Shown: piece by piece, positions 14,760-29,575 of the stretch
Position numbering within the stretch: position 1 is the stretch's first letter
Layout of the letters: each line of letters opens with the position of its first letter
Assembly (NCBI GenBank): GCA_951406725.2
Contig: OX597843.1
Coordinates: 7,316,001-7,380,000 of the forward strand
Length of the DNA stretch: 64,000 nt
From: Octopus vulgaris
Taxonomy: Eukaryota
Direction of reading: 5' to 3'
Translations under genes and position numbers: made by a program
The notes under the pieces: model-generated
What the model saw: the letters and a program-made list of their open reading frames with translations, nothing else
Told to the model about the DNA's origin: nothing
Databases searched by the model: none

Positions 14760-15116
14760 TCTTTCTTTTCTATTTCTTTCCTTCTTTCTTTCTTTCTTTT
14801 TTTCTTTCTCGTCACCTTCTTGCTCTTTGTCTTCTTCCTTTTTTCTTTTCTATTCCCCCTCCTCCTCCTCCTTCTCCTTTTTTTTCTTTTACCTCATATC
14901 CTTTCTCCTCCACTTTCTCTACTATCGTTTCTTCCTCTTCTTCTCCTCCTCCTCCTCCCCCTCTTCCTCCTTCTCGTCCTTTTTCTCCTCGTCTTTCTCA
15001 TCACCACCATCTCTTTCACCATCTCTTTCTCTTCCTCATCCTTTAATGCTTATTTCTTATTCATTTCCTTCTCCTTCTCCGCCTTTTGTCTTTTTCATTC
15101 TCTCTTCCGGTATTCT

Positions 15117-15168
<52 letters not shown>

Positions 15169-15800
15169 TCTTTCATCTTGCATTTCGTCTTCTTCTCCTT
15201 CTCCTTCTTTTTCTTCTTCTTGTATCATTCCTTTTCTTTTCCTTCCGCTATTCTTGCCTTTGTTTCTTATTGTACTTCGCCTCTTCCTCCTTCTTTTTCT
15301 TCTTTTCCTTCTCATCCTTCTCCTCCTTATTCTCTGCCCTTCTTTTCTTTTTTCTTCTTTCTTCTCTTCCTCTTTCTTCTCCTCTTTCTCATTCTCCTTC
15401 ATCTCCCTCTTCTCCCTCTTCTCCTCCCCCTCCTCCTCCTTCTTCATCTTCTTCTCTTCCTTCTCCTCTCCTTCCTCCTCTTCTTCTTCTTCTTCTCTTT
15501 CTTCTTCTTCTTCTTCTTCTTCTTCTTCTTCTTCTTCTTCTTCTTCTTCTTCTTCTTCTTCTTCTTCTTCTCTCTTTCTTCTTCTTCTTCTTCTTCTTCT
15601 TCTTCTTCTTCTTCTTCTCCTCATTATTATTCTTCTCTTCCTCCCATCGTCCTACTTTGTCTTCTGTTCTGTTCTCTACTTCATCTTCACCTTCTTCTTC
15701 TTCCATTCCTCTCACTCATCATCTTCTCCTTCCGTTTCCCCCTCCTCTCTCTCTCTCTCTCTCTCCCCTCTCACCATCCCTCCCTCACTAATCTTCCTTC
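14760..15800 (+). repeat. About 1-kb polypyrimidine tract with (CT)n and (CTT)n
   Basis: Overwhelmingly C/T on the plus strand. Confidence 0.95.
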
Positions 15801-17410
15801 CGTCATCAAGTCCAACCGCCCAACACCGCGCCATACCTCCCTCGCGCCAAACCACGCCAACACCTCATCATCGTTACACCTGCATACTTGCACGGCACCG
15901 CACCTGCACCAAACTGCACAGCCACCGCGCCACAATCACGCCACGACCAAGCAACACCGCACGTCACAAACACACACCAACCACGACCACCACCACCGCA
16001 AACAACACCACAAACAACGCCGCCATCACCGCCACCGCCGCCGCCACCGCCGCCGCCGCGCCAGAGATCGTTCTTCTCCTTCTGGTGTTATTGACTGCCG
16101 TTTCACCAGAGAAATATTGGTTGAACGACAGCTGTTGAGGTGGTGCGACGAACAAAGCAAAAACGATGGGAGGCGACGAAGTAGACGACATTGAGATAGA
16201 GGCGAAGAAGATGGCGGCGGCGGTGGTGGTTGTGGTTATGATGATGGTGATGGTGGTGTTGGTGGTGGAGGTGGTTGTCGTCTTCGTCGACGTGGAGACA
16301 GTGGCGTTGCTGGTATAAAGCAACAACAACAACAACAGCAGCAACAACTGCTATGGAAGGAGGAACCGGCTGTTTGGTATTGGCGGGGGTGGAGTGGAGT
16401 GGAGTGGGTGTGGTGGGGGTTTCTAGCTGGCAAGAATGGCAAAAGTGTAGATATAATGTTGGCAACGGTGGCGAGTCGGTCGGTTGGTTTAGTTAAGGTG
16501 GAGGACTGAAGGGCGGAGGAGATGACGGGGCAGAAGGATTGGCAGAAATGGCTTGGATGGTGATGGTGGTGGTGGTGGCGGTGGTGGTGGTGCTGGTGAT
16601 GGTGGAGGACGAAAAAGCTGATGGTTGGCCTTTAAAACTTATCGCTTCCACAACTTGCCCAGCATCGCCAGACACAATGAGAGACAAGAGAAGAGAAGAA
16701 AAGAGGAGAGAGAAGAAAGCTAGGGGAAAAAAAAAGAGAGAAGAAGTGAGAAAGAAAGAAAGAGAAGAAGACAAGGCATTCATTTTCGAACATGGCCGTC
16801 GAGACAGATGTTGATGGCAGCATTTACACAGCTTGCCATCACGGATGCTGAAATCGATAAAAACTGGTGGAGGAGGGAGATTGGAGAAGGGTCGGGGGTG
16901 AAGTGAAGAGGAAGGTGGGAAAAGGGGAGTGATGGGGTGGTTTAAGAGAGAGAGAGAGAGAAAGGGACAAAGGCTGAGAGAGACAGACAAACAGAGGAAA
17001 TGAGAGGAAGAGAGGAGAAGGTATAGAGCAAAGTTGATGAAAGGAAAAAAAAAAGAAGCAAGGAGCAGAAACGGCAGCCATGTTAAATTGCCTTCTATCT
17101 CTCTGTCTGTCTGTTAGTCTGTCTGTCTGTGAAGGGTTGGTGGGCGGGGGTGAAATGAAGAGGAAGGTGAGAAATAGGGTGGTGGCGGTGGTTGTTTGAG
17201 ACAGAGAGAGGAAATGAGAGAGAGGAGAAAACATAGAGGAAAGTTGATGAAAGGAACAAAATGGCGAAGCGAGGAGCAAAAACGGCAGCCATGTTAAATT
17301 GCTTTGTGTCTGTCAGTCTGTTCGTCTGTCTATCTGTCTGTCTGTCTGTCTGTATGTCAATTTGTCTATTATCTATCTAAGTACATATGTATACATACGC
17401 ACATACATAC

Positions 17411-17484
<74 letters not shown>

Positions 17485-17539
17485 CTATGTATATATATAT
17501 ATGTATATATGTATACATATATGTATCTATGTATACATA

Positions 17540-17570
<31 letters not shown>

Positions 17571-17854
17571 GCATGTATATAACAGATCAAAACATGCATA
17601 CAGGCGTACATGTATGCAATATGCAAATGAGCATAAACAAGCAAACACACACATACACACAACACATGCATATACACACAAAGGCGCACAAGTATATGTG
17701 TGTGTGTGTGTGTGTGTGTTTCTGTGTGCTTATCTATCTGTATTTGTACCTGTCCAATACACAATAATAACACCCCTACGTAGCTTCATTTTTGCTCCTT
17801 TCAACTATGTAGATGGATTAGATAGATAGATAGATAGATAGATCTAGTTTGATG

Positions 17855-17905
<51 letters not shown>

Positions 17906-18185
17906 CTAGTTAGATGGATAGATAGATATAGATAGATAGATAGACAGACAGATCGATCAATAGATACATACATACATACAGAGATAGACAAATAGAAAGG
18001 TAGATAGAGGATTGGATAGATGGATGGACAGTCAGGCAGAAAGAAAGATAGACAGACAGATCAATCAATAGATAGATAGATAGATAGACAAACAGATAGA
18101 TAGATAGAATTAGATAGACCGACCTTTCGCATTATCCCTCCATTTATCGTATATAATCGCAACTGTTTCTCAGTCCATTTACGTA

Positions 18186-18256
<71 letters not shown>

Positions 18257-18395
18257 CTCTGTCTCCATCTCTCTCTCTATCTATCTATTTATCTATCTCT
18301 TTCTCCACCAATCCATCAATCAATTTATTTATCCATCTATCCAACTACCTATCTCTGTCTGTAAAACTGTCTACCTATCTTTCCATCTATTTATA

Positions 18396-18466
<71 letters not shown>

Positions 18467-18479
18467 ATCTATCTATCTA

Positions 18480-18526
<47 letters not shown>

Positions 18527-18728
18527 TTTGACAAATTAAACTTAAACGTTGAAGTGAATCGAACGGCTTTTGTGTGTTTCTTGAACGGCTTACAAACACC
18601 TTCCACGTTGCAATTGTTTTCGTTCCAGCACAACATCTCAGATCAAATCACTTGCTATGTAAGTACATCTCCGTAATATATATATATATATTATATATAG
18701 ATATATATGTATATATATATATATATAA

Positions 18729-18802
<74 letters not shown>

Positions 18803-18869
18803 GATATATATTTATATATAGATATATATTTATATATATAGATATATATTTATATATATAGTATATATA

Positions 18870-18932
<63 letters not shown>

Positions 18933-19545
18933 TGTATCTATTCATATTTGGTTCTTTTCTATTGGTATTACTATCTTTGTCTCTACCGACCTAGCTATTT
19001 AACTGAGTGCATTGCACGTACGCACACACACGCACGCACACATGCACACACACGCACACACACACACACACGCACACTAGCACACATACTCAGACACACA
19101 CATATACGTATATATATATATAGTTCCTGTTATATATCATGTAAAAGAAGAAAGTTGACACTTTGCTGATCCTCTTTCACGAAACCGGCTTCAGGTCATA
19201 GTCCCAAATGTACATCGTTGAGCAGTTTTTCTGAAATCGATTAACAAGTGTTTATAAACATCAATTAGAGTGTATAATGTGATGTATATTGTTGTATGTA
19301 TGTGCATGTATAAATATGTCTGAGTGTAAATGTGTATATGTGTGTGTGTGTGTATATATATCCGCAAATGTGTGTGTGTACGTAGCTAGACATTCATTCA
19401 CACACACAAAAACAGATAGACTGACCGACAGACTGACAGAGAGACGGAATATGGACGGACAGACAGACAGATAGACAGTTAGGTAGAGGGGTGGATGCAT
19501 GGATGGTTGGTTTGATGGATGGATAAACAGATAGATAAATAGATG

Positions 19546-19584
<39 letters not shown>

Positions 19585-19885
19585 TGAGAGAGAGAGAGAA
19601 ATGAATGGATGGATGGATGGATGGAGAGGGAGAAAGAGATAAGGCGGAAGGATGGACGCACAGATTGAGAGGTTTTATTTATGCAGGTCACGACGATGCT
19701 GCTGCTGATGATGATGATAATCATTTGCTGTTGTTATCGTTATTGTTGTTGCCGACGGTGATGGTGGTGGTGGTGGTGTCGCTGGTTATGTTGGTGTGTG
19801 TTCAGTGAAGTGTCTGTGTGTCACTAAAATAAAATGTTACTGTGTAGAACTGAATGGTGGTTGGAGGGCGACAAAATGATGCGTG

Positions 19886-19949
<64 letters not shown>

Positions 19950-20222
19950 CATGCGTATATGTACATACTTACATGCATGTGTGTGCACAGGTCGTCATGA
20001 AACGTGTACAAGAGAAAAGTACGAAGTAAGAGTACATGGAATATGAACTATTTTTTCGAACAACGAAAGACACAAATAGAAAACCAGACAAACACAAAGA
20101 ACAACCCTTCATCAGTTGTTGGCTGTTTTCTACTCTCGTATTTCGAGCATTGTGACCTCGTGTGTACCGTTGGCGATTTTTTTCCCTCTGTCTTCCCTTC
20201 TCTGGATCTTTCCTTCTCCTAT

Positions 20223-20257
20223 GTTTCCGACGAAGAGCTCCGCTCGAAACGTTAAAC
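20223..20257 (+). ncRNA. Minimal type I hammerhead-like motif (CCGACGA core)
   Basis: GUUU-CCGACGA-A-GAGC ucc GCUC-GAAA-CG-UU^-AAAC; second copy at 50346-50380 (-). Confidence 0.6.
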
Positions 20258-20353
20258 CTTCCTCCTTTCCTTCTTTCCTGAGCGTCCAATAATACTATAC
20301 TTGTTCCACGTCCTCGCGTTGTTGTGTTTTTTTGTGTTTTCTTGTTTGGATTA

Positions 20354-20427
<74 letters not shown>

Positions 20428-20531
20428 CACGCATCATTTTGTCTGACCACCTCTGTCCGGCGATCATCATGATTGACCGCTAGCTACTAAAGCCTTTTTT
20501 TAATTCTATCTCTGTTTATTTTCTCGCGTTC

Positions 20532-20567
20532 CTTTCTGTTGAAGAGCGTAGGCTCGAAACGTAAAAG
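20532..20567 (+). ncRNA. Minimal hammerhead-like motif with CUGUNGA core variant (representative copy)
   Basis: CUUU-CUGUUGA-A-GAGC guag GCUC-GAAA-CG-UA^-AAAG. Relatives at 6970, 31015, 40598 and 60634 (+) and at 53295 and 58705 (-). Confidence 0.55.
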
Positions 20568-20706
20568 ACTTTTCCACCTTCTTGAGCGTTAAACTAGTTA
20601 AACTAATACACCTGTTTGTTGTTTACACATCTGTCTTCGTCTTTTTTTTTTCTTTTCGTAAATTCAAACGATATATATATATATATATATATATCGTAAA
20701 TTCAAA

Positions 20707-20772
<66 letters not shown>

Positions 20773-20777
20773 GTGTG

Positions 20778-20938
20778 TGGCTGTGTGGTAAGTAGCTTGC
20801 TAACCAACCACATGGTTCCGGGTTCAGTCCCACTGCGTGGCATCTTGGGCAAGTGTCTTCTGCTATAGTCTCGGGCCGACCAATGCCATGTGAGTGGATT
20901 TGGTAAACGGAAACTGAAAGAAGCCTGTCGTATATATG

Positions 20939-20969
<31 letters not shown>

Positions 20970-21180
20970 TTGTGTGTCTGTGTTTGTCCCCCTAGTATTG
21001 CTTGACAACCGATGCAGGTGTGTTTACGTCCCCGTCACTTAGCGGTTCGGCAAAAAAGAGACCGATAGAATAAGTACTGGGCCTACAAAAAATAAGTCTC
21101 GGGGTCGATTTGCTCGACTAAAGGCGGTGCTCCAGCATGGCCACAGTCAAATGACTGAAACAAGTAAAAGAGTAAAAGAG
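20778..21180 (+). mobile_element. SINE family A, near full-length
   Basis: Head, core, internal microsatellite and (gtaaaaga)n tail are all present. Confidence 0.9.
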
Positions 21181-21672
21181 ATATATATGTATATGAGCAG
21201 CATCAGCGGCAGCACCGTCGTCAGCGGCAGAACCTTGTCGTTAGGAAGTAAGCTACTTACCACACAGCCACTCCTGCGCGTAAAAGTGAACAAACAGATG
21301 GTCTGTTATCCTTCATCAGTTATCGACCAAATAGGAATATTCAGTTTCACACCTTTGTATATAATACGTGTGTGTGTGTGCGTGTATGTGTGTGTGTGTG
21401 TGTATCTATGTTGGTTGTCTTCTCCTTATGCAGAGTCTGACCACCTCCTGTACCTACATCTTAGATCCATCATGGCGTCTGGTGTATTGAAAAAGACAGC
21501 CACATATATATACACGCTAGTATCGTACAGTTAGAGTGCACAACATTGCGTTGGTAGATAAATATTCTTTATTTGTGGATTAACAAGGCCACCAATGGTT
21601 TCATGTGGGCGACTCTTTACAATTGTTGAAGCTCAGCTCATGAGAACGTTTATACTCATCTGCATTTAGGAC

Positions 21673-21720
<48 letters not shown>

Positions 21721-22243
21721 TTATATATGTATGTATGTGTATATGTATATATATATGTGTGTGTGTGTATATATATATACATATATAGTATATATACTTG
21801 TTATTAAAGCTATAAAAATCTTCACAAAGTGTTACTCAGAGTTTCACGTTTCCGTTTGCCGGACTACTATGATGAATATGTGTAGGGGGTGATGTGCGCG
21901 CGTGTGTGTTTATACATGCTTCTATGCATATATGTATTTTAGGCGCAGATGTGGCTGGGTGGTCAGAAATGTTCTCCTAACCACATGGTTCTGGGTTCAG
22001 TTCCACTGCGTGACACCTTGGGCAAGTGTCTTCAAGTATAGCTCGGCCCCCACCAAAGCCTTGTGAGTGGAAATGGTAAACGGAAACTGCGTGGAAGCCC
22101 GTCGTAGATAGATAGAGAGAGATGCACACATACACGCGTACAAATATACATAGATACATATATACATGCATACATACATACATACATACATACATACATA
22201 CATACATACATACATACATACATACATACATACATACATAAAT

Positions 22244-22283
<40 letters not shown>

Positions 22284-22935
22284 ACATATGTCAGGTCATT
22301 TTCGAGTGCCACTGGTAACATGTAACCCAGTACAACCTGTTGCATGGTCGGATCGTCGGCGACTAAACCGGCAACCCCACCAAGCTTACTTGGTGAGGAG
22401 GGTGTTTATTGGACACCCTGCGGGATGAAAAACAAAACCCGTCAAAGGACGGAGGAATTCTTGAGAGTGAACGGCCATCCAATAAATGTCTTAAGACTAT
22501 ATCATTCGCGGGGACATAGAAATAATCGGACATACATACATACATACATACATACATACATACATACATACATACATACATACATACATACATACTTACC
22601 ATACATACGGAGAAAGCTGAAGACTATAAACCCAATCCATCACTGGAACTGTAAAAATCTGTAAAACTTTCCAGAAGTTTATCATTTAAATATATGAACA
22701 TGTCTAGATATGCAACTATATGCATGAGAATGCATATATAAAGCAAAACGTACAAATCTGCACACATACATACATACATACATACATACATACATACATA
22801 CATACATACATACATACATACATAAAAATACCCTATTGTTGATGTTGAAATTCCAATGAAGCATCTTTGGATCTAGGTTAGAAACCGGTTCTTTCACTAT
22901 TGGCAAGAAATCTTGAATTAAAACTGAACAATGAT

Positions 22936-22996
<61 letters not shown>

Positions 22997-23754
22997 CATA
23001 CACATGTGCGTATGTCTTTGTAGCTGTGATTGTTCCTCATCACCTCTTGACAACCGGTGTTGGTGTGTTTGCGTCCCTGTAACATATCAGTTGGTCAACA
23101 AGGATCAATAGAATGAGTAACAAGCTTTAAAAAAAGCTAAAATGTTCTGGGATTGATTTGTTCGATTGAAATTCTCCAAGACGGTGCCCCAGCATGGCCT
23201 CAGTCTAATGACTCATAAGTGTGCTTCTGGGTGGGTGTTTGGGCATGTGTATGTGTGCGTATGTGTGTATCTGTGTGTGAGCGTGTGTATGTACGTATGT
23301 GTATGTGTGCATGTGTCTATGTATGTGTGTGTGTCAGTGTATGTTTGTGTGTGTACGTGTGAGTCTGTGTCCGTACACGTGTGTTTATGTGTGTCTCTGC
23401 ACTTCTGTGTATGTGTGTATGTGTGTGTGTGTATATGTGTGAGTGTGTGTCTCTATGCGTGTATCTGTGTGTGTGTGTGTGTGCATATGTTTGAGTGTGT
23501 GTGTTCGTCTGTGTCTGTGTATGGGTGTATATGTACGTATGCATCTGTGTGTGTGTTTGTGTGTGTGTGCGCGCTCGCGTGTGTGTTGTACAGTTACGTT
23601 TGTCCGATTAAGGAGAGAGAAGTGAGGAAGTAAGGTGATACTCTGTTATTGTATTAGTCACTTCCCGTATCAATTTCAGTCAGAGGCTGTGGTCATGTTG
23701 GAGCAACGTCATTGGCGGCAATACCGTCCTAAGGCACGGATACACTGGGCCTCT

Positions 23755-24137
23755 CGGGTGTAGGGGGCCGATTCTCATCTATGTATGCTGTCTTGCTGTC
23801 ACTAAGGAAATAGTGTAGGCCCTAGTACGTTTATTAGCCTAGGGGCTTCACAGGGTCGAAGGGCCCAGTTCAGTTGATTGTAAGGTGTGGCTTTCTGTCA
23901 ATAAGTCACAATGGGTCCTAGTGCAGTGATTTTCCTGGGGGTGGGGTTCATGGGTGTAGGGCCCAATCTTTAACTATGTGTGCTGTGGCTTGTTGTCAAT
24001 AAATTAATACTATAGGGCTCAGTGCATTTATTTGCCTAAGGGCTTCACAGGTTCGATGGGTCCAGTTCAGATGTGTATAAGCTGTGGCTTTCTGTCAATA
24101 ATTTACAATGGGTCCTCCTAGTACAGTGATTTGCCTC
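23755..24137 (+). repeat. Tandem repeat of four ~96-bp monomers in A-B-A-B order
   Basis: Units start near 23755, 23851, 23951 and 24047 and share ctgtca(a/c)taa..ctagt(a/g)c..gcct; alternate units resemble each other most. Confidence 0.75.
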
Positions 24138-24796
24138 ATTATGACCGCTTTTAAAAAGTTTTCATCGTTCCCGAAAGAGTCAAGATCTTGTGCAACTGAA
24201 ACCCGAGTGTCCTTTTGGTCAACTGAAAGCAGTTTGGGCACAAACTTGGTAGACACTGGTCTATACCCAAATCTTCTGTGATAATGGACTGAACTGAACC
24301 ATAACTAATCTGCACATCTTCTGATAACTCACAGATGGTGATTCGACGATTTCCCCCTCACAGTTGCACACACATCTGCAATGTTTTTCTCAGTTCTGCT
24401 GGTTGCGCGTCTCCCAGAACGTTCATCAGTATCGGCATTTTTTTCAGCCATCTTGGAAACGTCTGAACCACTTGTACAATTGTGTGCGGCTCATACATTC
24501 CTCTTCATACACATTCTACAACTTTGCGCAGGTATCTGAGCAAGTATCGCCAAGTTTTTGACAAAATTTGATGCAAATTCTCTGCTCAACTTCACCTGTC
24601 ATGGTCAATGCGACGATCACACGCTACACTCCTTCCTTCCAAGCACTGCTGTAAACAGCGGGAGTAAGCTAGAATGTTGAAACTTAATGCGCATGCGCAG
24701 CATAGTTCAAGGTCAATCTGTGCCAAGCAGCTTCACTCTGCATGTTTTAGCTTCATTACTATGGCAACAGTCCGGATACTTATTGATCAGATCACG
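24138..24796 (-). mobile_element. 5' half of a decayed mariner transposon (irritans-like)
   Basis: From the ATG at 24602: MTGEVEQRICIKFCQKLG..MSRTQLYKWFRRFQDG*..DERSGR..NRRITICELSEDVQISYGSVQSIITEDLG..KFVPKLLSVDQK..NDENFLKAVI, with stops and frameshifts. TIR cgtgatctgatcaataagtatccggactg is flanked by TA at 24797-24798. Confidence 0.9.
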
Positions 24797-25339
24797 TACA
24801 TACATAAATACACATATATACACACATATATAGAGGTGCGTTGCAGTGGTCGAAGTCGAGGTGGTTGTGATGGCTGCGGTAGGTCTGTTGATAATGATGT
24901 TGCTGATGGTGATGTTGAAGATGGTTAATGACTGCGGTGGCTGCGGCGGCGGTGGTTTTTGGGAGTTGTGGCGGCCGTTCTGTGATCGTTACTGTTGCTC
25001 CTGGAGTTGTCGTTGTTGTAAGTTATAGGCGCTGCTGCTGCTGCTGCTGCTGCTGTTTCCAGAGGAAGTCCAGTCCGTAGGACGTTATTAAAGGAAATGC
25101 GAACAGCTGCCTCCTCTTCATTAATAAATAAGCTCGGAGGAGGAGTGAGGGAGGACGAGGAAGAAGAGCCGGAGGGAGTGCGAAGGTGTGAGTTGATGGT
25201 TCTTAGCATTCCTTTTAGAATAGATGGCGGTGGCGCTGGTGGTGTTGGTGGCGATGGTTTAACCCCGGGCAGGTTAGGTTTGATCGAGTAAATATATGTT
25301 CGAAAGATATTACGGTAACCAGACCGAATTCGTTTCGTA

Positions 25340-25643
25340 TTTTAGATTCAGACATAGTGCATCTAGGACTACATTATCTAATGTATCCTTCTTTGGTGTT
25401 GTTGTTGTTTAGCCCCGGGTCGGTCCTGATCAAGCAAATCGATGATCAAAGATGTTTCAGCTGTGACCATCCTGTCTTATATTCAGACATAGTGTGTCTA
25501 GGACTACATTATCTAATGTGTCCTTCCTTGTTGTTTAGCCCCAGGTCAGTCCTGATCCAGTAGACCTATGATCAAAGATGTTCCAGCTGTGACCATCCTG
25601 TCTTTTATTCAGGCATAGTCTATGTAAGACAACATTATCTAAT
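25340..25643 (+). repeat. ~117-bp satellite-like tandem repeat, about 2.5 units
   Basis: Unit ttgtttagccccaggtcagtcctgatc..gatcaaagatgttccagctgtgaccatcctgtcttttattcagacatagtgt..ctaggactacattatctaatgtgtccttcc. Confidence 0.85.
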
Positions 25644-25968
25644 GAAAACTCTCAGCTTTATTTTGCTGGGTATGATGGACTGCGTCAGCTGTCCACAGCC
25701 AGCAGACAAAGGTGACACTTGTTTACTGGTCATGCTTCAAGAACCCTGCCAAGAATTCTTGCAGTTTCGAGCAATGTTGAGTTTTGTACGTATTCTATCT
25801 TTACATATACACCAATCTTTTTGCGCCATGTTGGTAGTTGAGTGCTGATACTTCCAAGTACTTATTCTTTGGATGCCTAGTACTTATTCTATCGATATAT
25901 TTTGCCGAACCGCTAAGTTACGGTGACGTAAACACACAAGCATCGCTTGTCAAGCGATGTTCGGGAGA

Positions 25969-26048
<80 letters not shown>

Positions 26049-26250
26049 CATATATACGACAGGCTCCTTTCAGTTTCCGTCTGCCATATCTTCTCACAAG
26101 GCTTTGATCAACTCGAGACTATAGTAGAAGACACTTGCCCAAGGTGCCACGCAGTGGGACTGAACCCGGAACCATGTGGTTGGTAAACAAGCTACTTACC
26201 ACACATGTGGTTGGTAAACAAGCTACTTACTATTATTATTATTATTATTA

Positions 26251-26293
<43 letters not shown>

Positions 26294-26675
26294 AGCGACG
26301 CGCTGACAGAATCGTTAGCACGCAGGGCGATCAAATTCCGCCGAGGTCGACTTTTCCTTTCATCCTTTTGGGGTCGATAAATTAATTACCAGTTGAGTAC
26401 TTGGGTCGATGTAATCGAGTTAACCACACACCCCCTTCTCCCAAGTTTCAAGCCTTGTACCTTTAGCAGAAAGGATTATTATTAAGGCGGTGAGCGGACA
26501 TCGAAGAAAATTAATTATCAGATTTACGTTCTGGGTTCGAAACCTGTTGATGTACACTTTGCCTTCAAATCCCTTCGATTAAATAAGTACCGGTCATATA
26601 GTGGGGTCGATGTAATCAACTAGACTCGTCCTTCGAAATTTCGGGCTTTGTGACCATACTACTACTACTACTACA

Positions 26676-26737
<62 letters not shown>

Positions 26738-26765
26738 CACCACCACCACCACCACCACCACCACC

Positions 26766-26814
<49 letters not shown>

Positions 26815-26824
26815 AGTAGTAACC

Positions 26825-26884
<60 letters not shown>

Positions 26885-27161
26885 AGACGACGAAGAAATA
26901 GACGGTCCTTCAGCACCAACGACATCAGCGACAACAACATCATGAACACAGATCCGTAATGAAAGACGCATTTATATATATCTCACACACAGGTGATTTC
27001 TCTGTTACATCTCTCTCTGCCCTCTCTCTCTCTGTCCTCTCTCTCTCTCTCCGTTTCTCTCTTTTACTCTCTGTATCTCTCTACCTCTCTCACAGAGAGA
27101 GATAGAGAGAGACACAGATTCCTTCATCCTTAAGATGATGAAAACTGATTTATATACATAC

Positions 27162-27199
<38 letters not shown>

Positions 27200-27352
27200 T
27201 TGTATACGTATCTATATGTATGCATATATATATATGAATATACATACATATATATATGTATGTATGCATGTATGCCCACACGCATGTTTGACTGTATGTA
27301 CGTGTGTATATATCATACCTATACAAATAAATTCAAAGATGTATTATAAAAA

Positions 27353-27423
<71 letters not shown>

Positions 27424-27480
27424 ATGTATATATACGCACATATATATACATATATATATATGTATATCTATATATACACA

Positions 27481-27548
<68 letters not shown>

Positions 27549-27968
27549 CACATACATATTTATATATATATGTATGTGTGTGTATGTATGTGTGTATACA
27601 CGTGTGTGTGTTTAATGGGGGGGGGGTAGTAGCAGAAGACGTATCTGTATTCAGATGACTGATACGGGCAGGTGTAAACCACATGGACTCCATCTTGTCT
27701 TAATAATGCTATCGTTACATATGTACAGCTTTAATATTTAATGCCGGTTGAAGGAAATGAAAACCAAAAGCTTTCAATTTTTCTCATAGCCGCCATTTTG
27801 TTTTTTTCCCTCCTCCTCCTCCTCCTCTTCCTCCTCCTCCTCCTCCTCCTTTTCGCGCGCTTGTATCTACCTCTATGCATGCGCATGTGCGTATGTATGG
27901 GTGCGTGTGTGGGTGTATGCGTGTATGCATGTGGGTGTGCGTCTCTGTGTGTATGTATGTGTGCTTGC

Positions 27969-28012
<44 letters not shown>

Positions 28013-28630
28013 GTATGCATGTTTCTGCCTTTCTTTGCCTTATATATCAAATGATTCCGTCTAGGAATTTGCTAAATGAATAAATAAATAAATTTAATAC
28101 ACACACACACACATATATATATATGCATATATATACATATATATATACATACATATATATAGGTATATACACACACACATATATATATGTTTGTATATAA
28201 ACAGATATATATATACATATATATATATATATGCATATATATACATATATATATAGAAGTATATACATAATATACACATGCATACATATATACACACGTG
28301 TATGTATTTATATATATATATACGTACATACACACATATGTAGCTAAATACAATACGACAGATAAATGAATAATAGAGAAATAACGTTGATGATAATGGC
28401 GATGATAATAGTAAATAACAACAACAACAAGCACAAAGAGGAAGAACAAGAAGAAGGATATAAACAGCAGCAAGAGTAACAATAACAACAACAACGATAA
28501 TAATAATAATAATAATGATAATAATAATAATTATTATTATTATTATCATAGTATTCACAACAGCAAAACAGTAGTAGTAGAAGTAGTAGTAATAGTAGTT
28601 GTAGCAGCAGCAGCAGCTGTAGTAGTAGTT

Positions 28631-28676
<46 letters not shown>

Positions 28677-28905
28677 AAGCAGTAGTAGTTGTTGTTTTAG
28701 TAGTAGTACTCGTAGTAGTAGTAGTAGTAGTTGTAGTAAGGTCGTTTGGTTGCCACCAGGGCGACTGTAGAGGCGAGATGTGGGGGGTGGGGTGGACACA
28801 CCAATGACGACAACGATGTCTGTGATTGGTTGTGGTGATGGTGATGGCGATCACCGCTTCTTTCCCAAGTTTTGTTTCCAAGGCGTGTGTGTGTGCGCGC
28901 GGGCA

Positions 28906-28944
<39 letters not shown>

Positions 28945-29052
28945 GTATGTGCGTTTGTCTAATAAGGATGACGGCGACAACGACGACGACATTTCGGATA
29001 TATATATATTTGCATCTGCCTTCTTTCCGACATATTGATGTCTTTCTTTCTC

Positions 29053-29138
<86 letters not shown>

Positions 29139-29544
29139 CGCACACACACACATCAATGTTACGAATGTATAAATGTTTATCACATATTCACCTGTTAATT
29201 TCTTCTGCAACACTACCCAACAGAAATAACTGTCAAACTCAGATTCACACACACACACACACATATAACAGAAGAGAATGGGTTGAGCAACAAGCTTTTA
29301 TTGCATAATGCTACAATCGTTTCAATAACCGATAACCGTAGACGTGCTTTGTGAAGCAAGACACAAGGTTAATACCCAAATTTAATTCAGTTGCTATACA
29401 TACATAGACATAAACTGCCTGCGTTCACAACGTCTACATACGTACACATTGACACAAACATGTATACGTACATGCACATACACACACACACAAGTAGATA
29501 TGGATAATCGTACTCATATCCACACACACGCATCCGCACCCGTG

Positions 29545-29575
<31 letters not shown>

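Noticed and set aside
14262-16194. Long ORFs of 509 and 628 aa
   Set aside because: They are translations of (TA)n, (CT)n and (CTT)n tracts that lack stop codons, with no domain content.
16493-16783. Signal-peptide-like minus ORF MNALSSSLSFF..
   Set aside because: The hydrophobic stretch derives from a GA-rich tract, and no domain or splice support is visible.
24688-24700. NRF1 palindrome tgcgcatgcgca as a host promoter
   Set aside because: It lies inside the mariner 5' UTR.
28750-28766. CTCF- or RFX-like site gttgccaccagggcgac
   Set aside because: Only a partial match to either consensus, at a single site.
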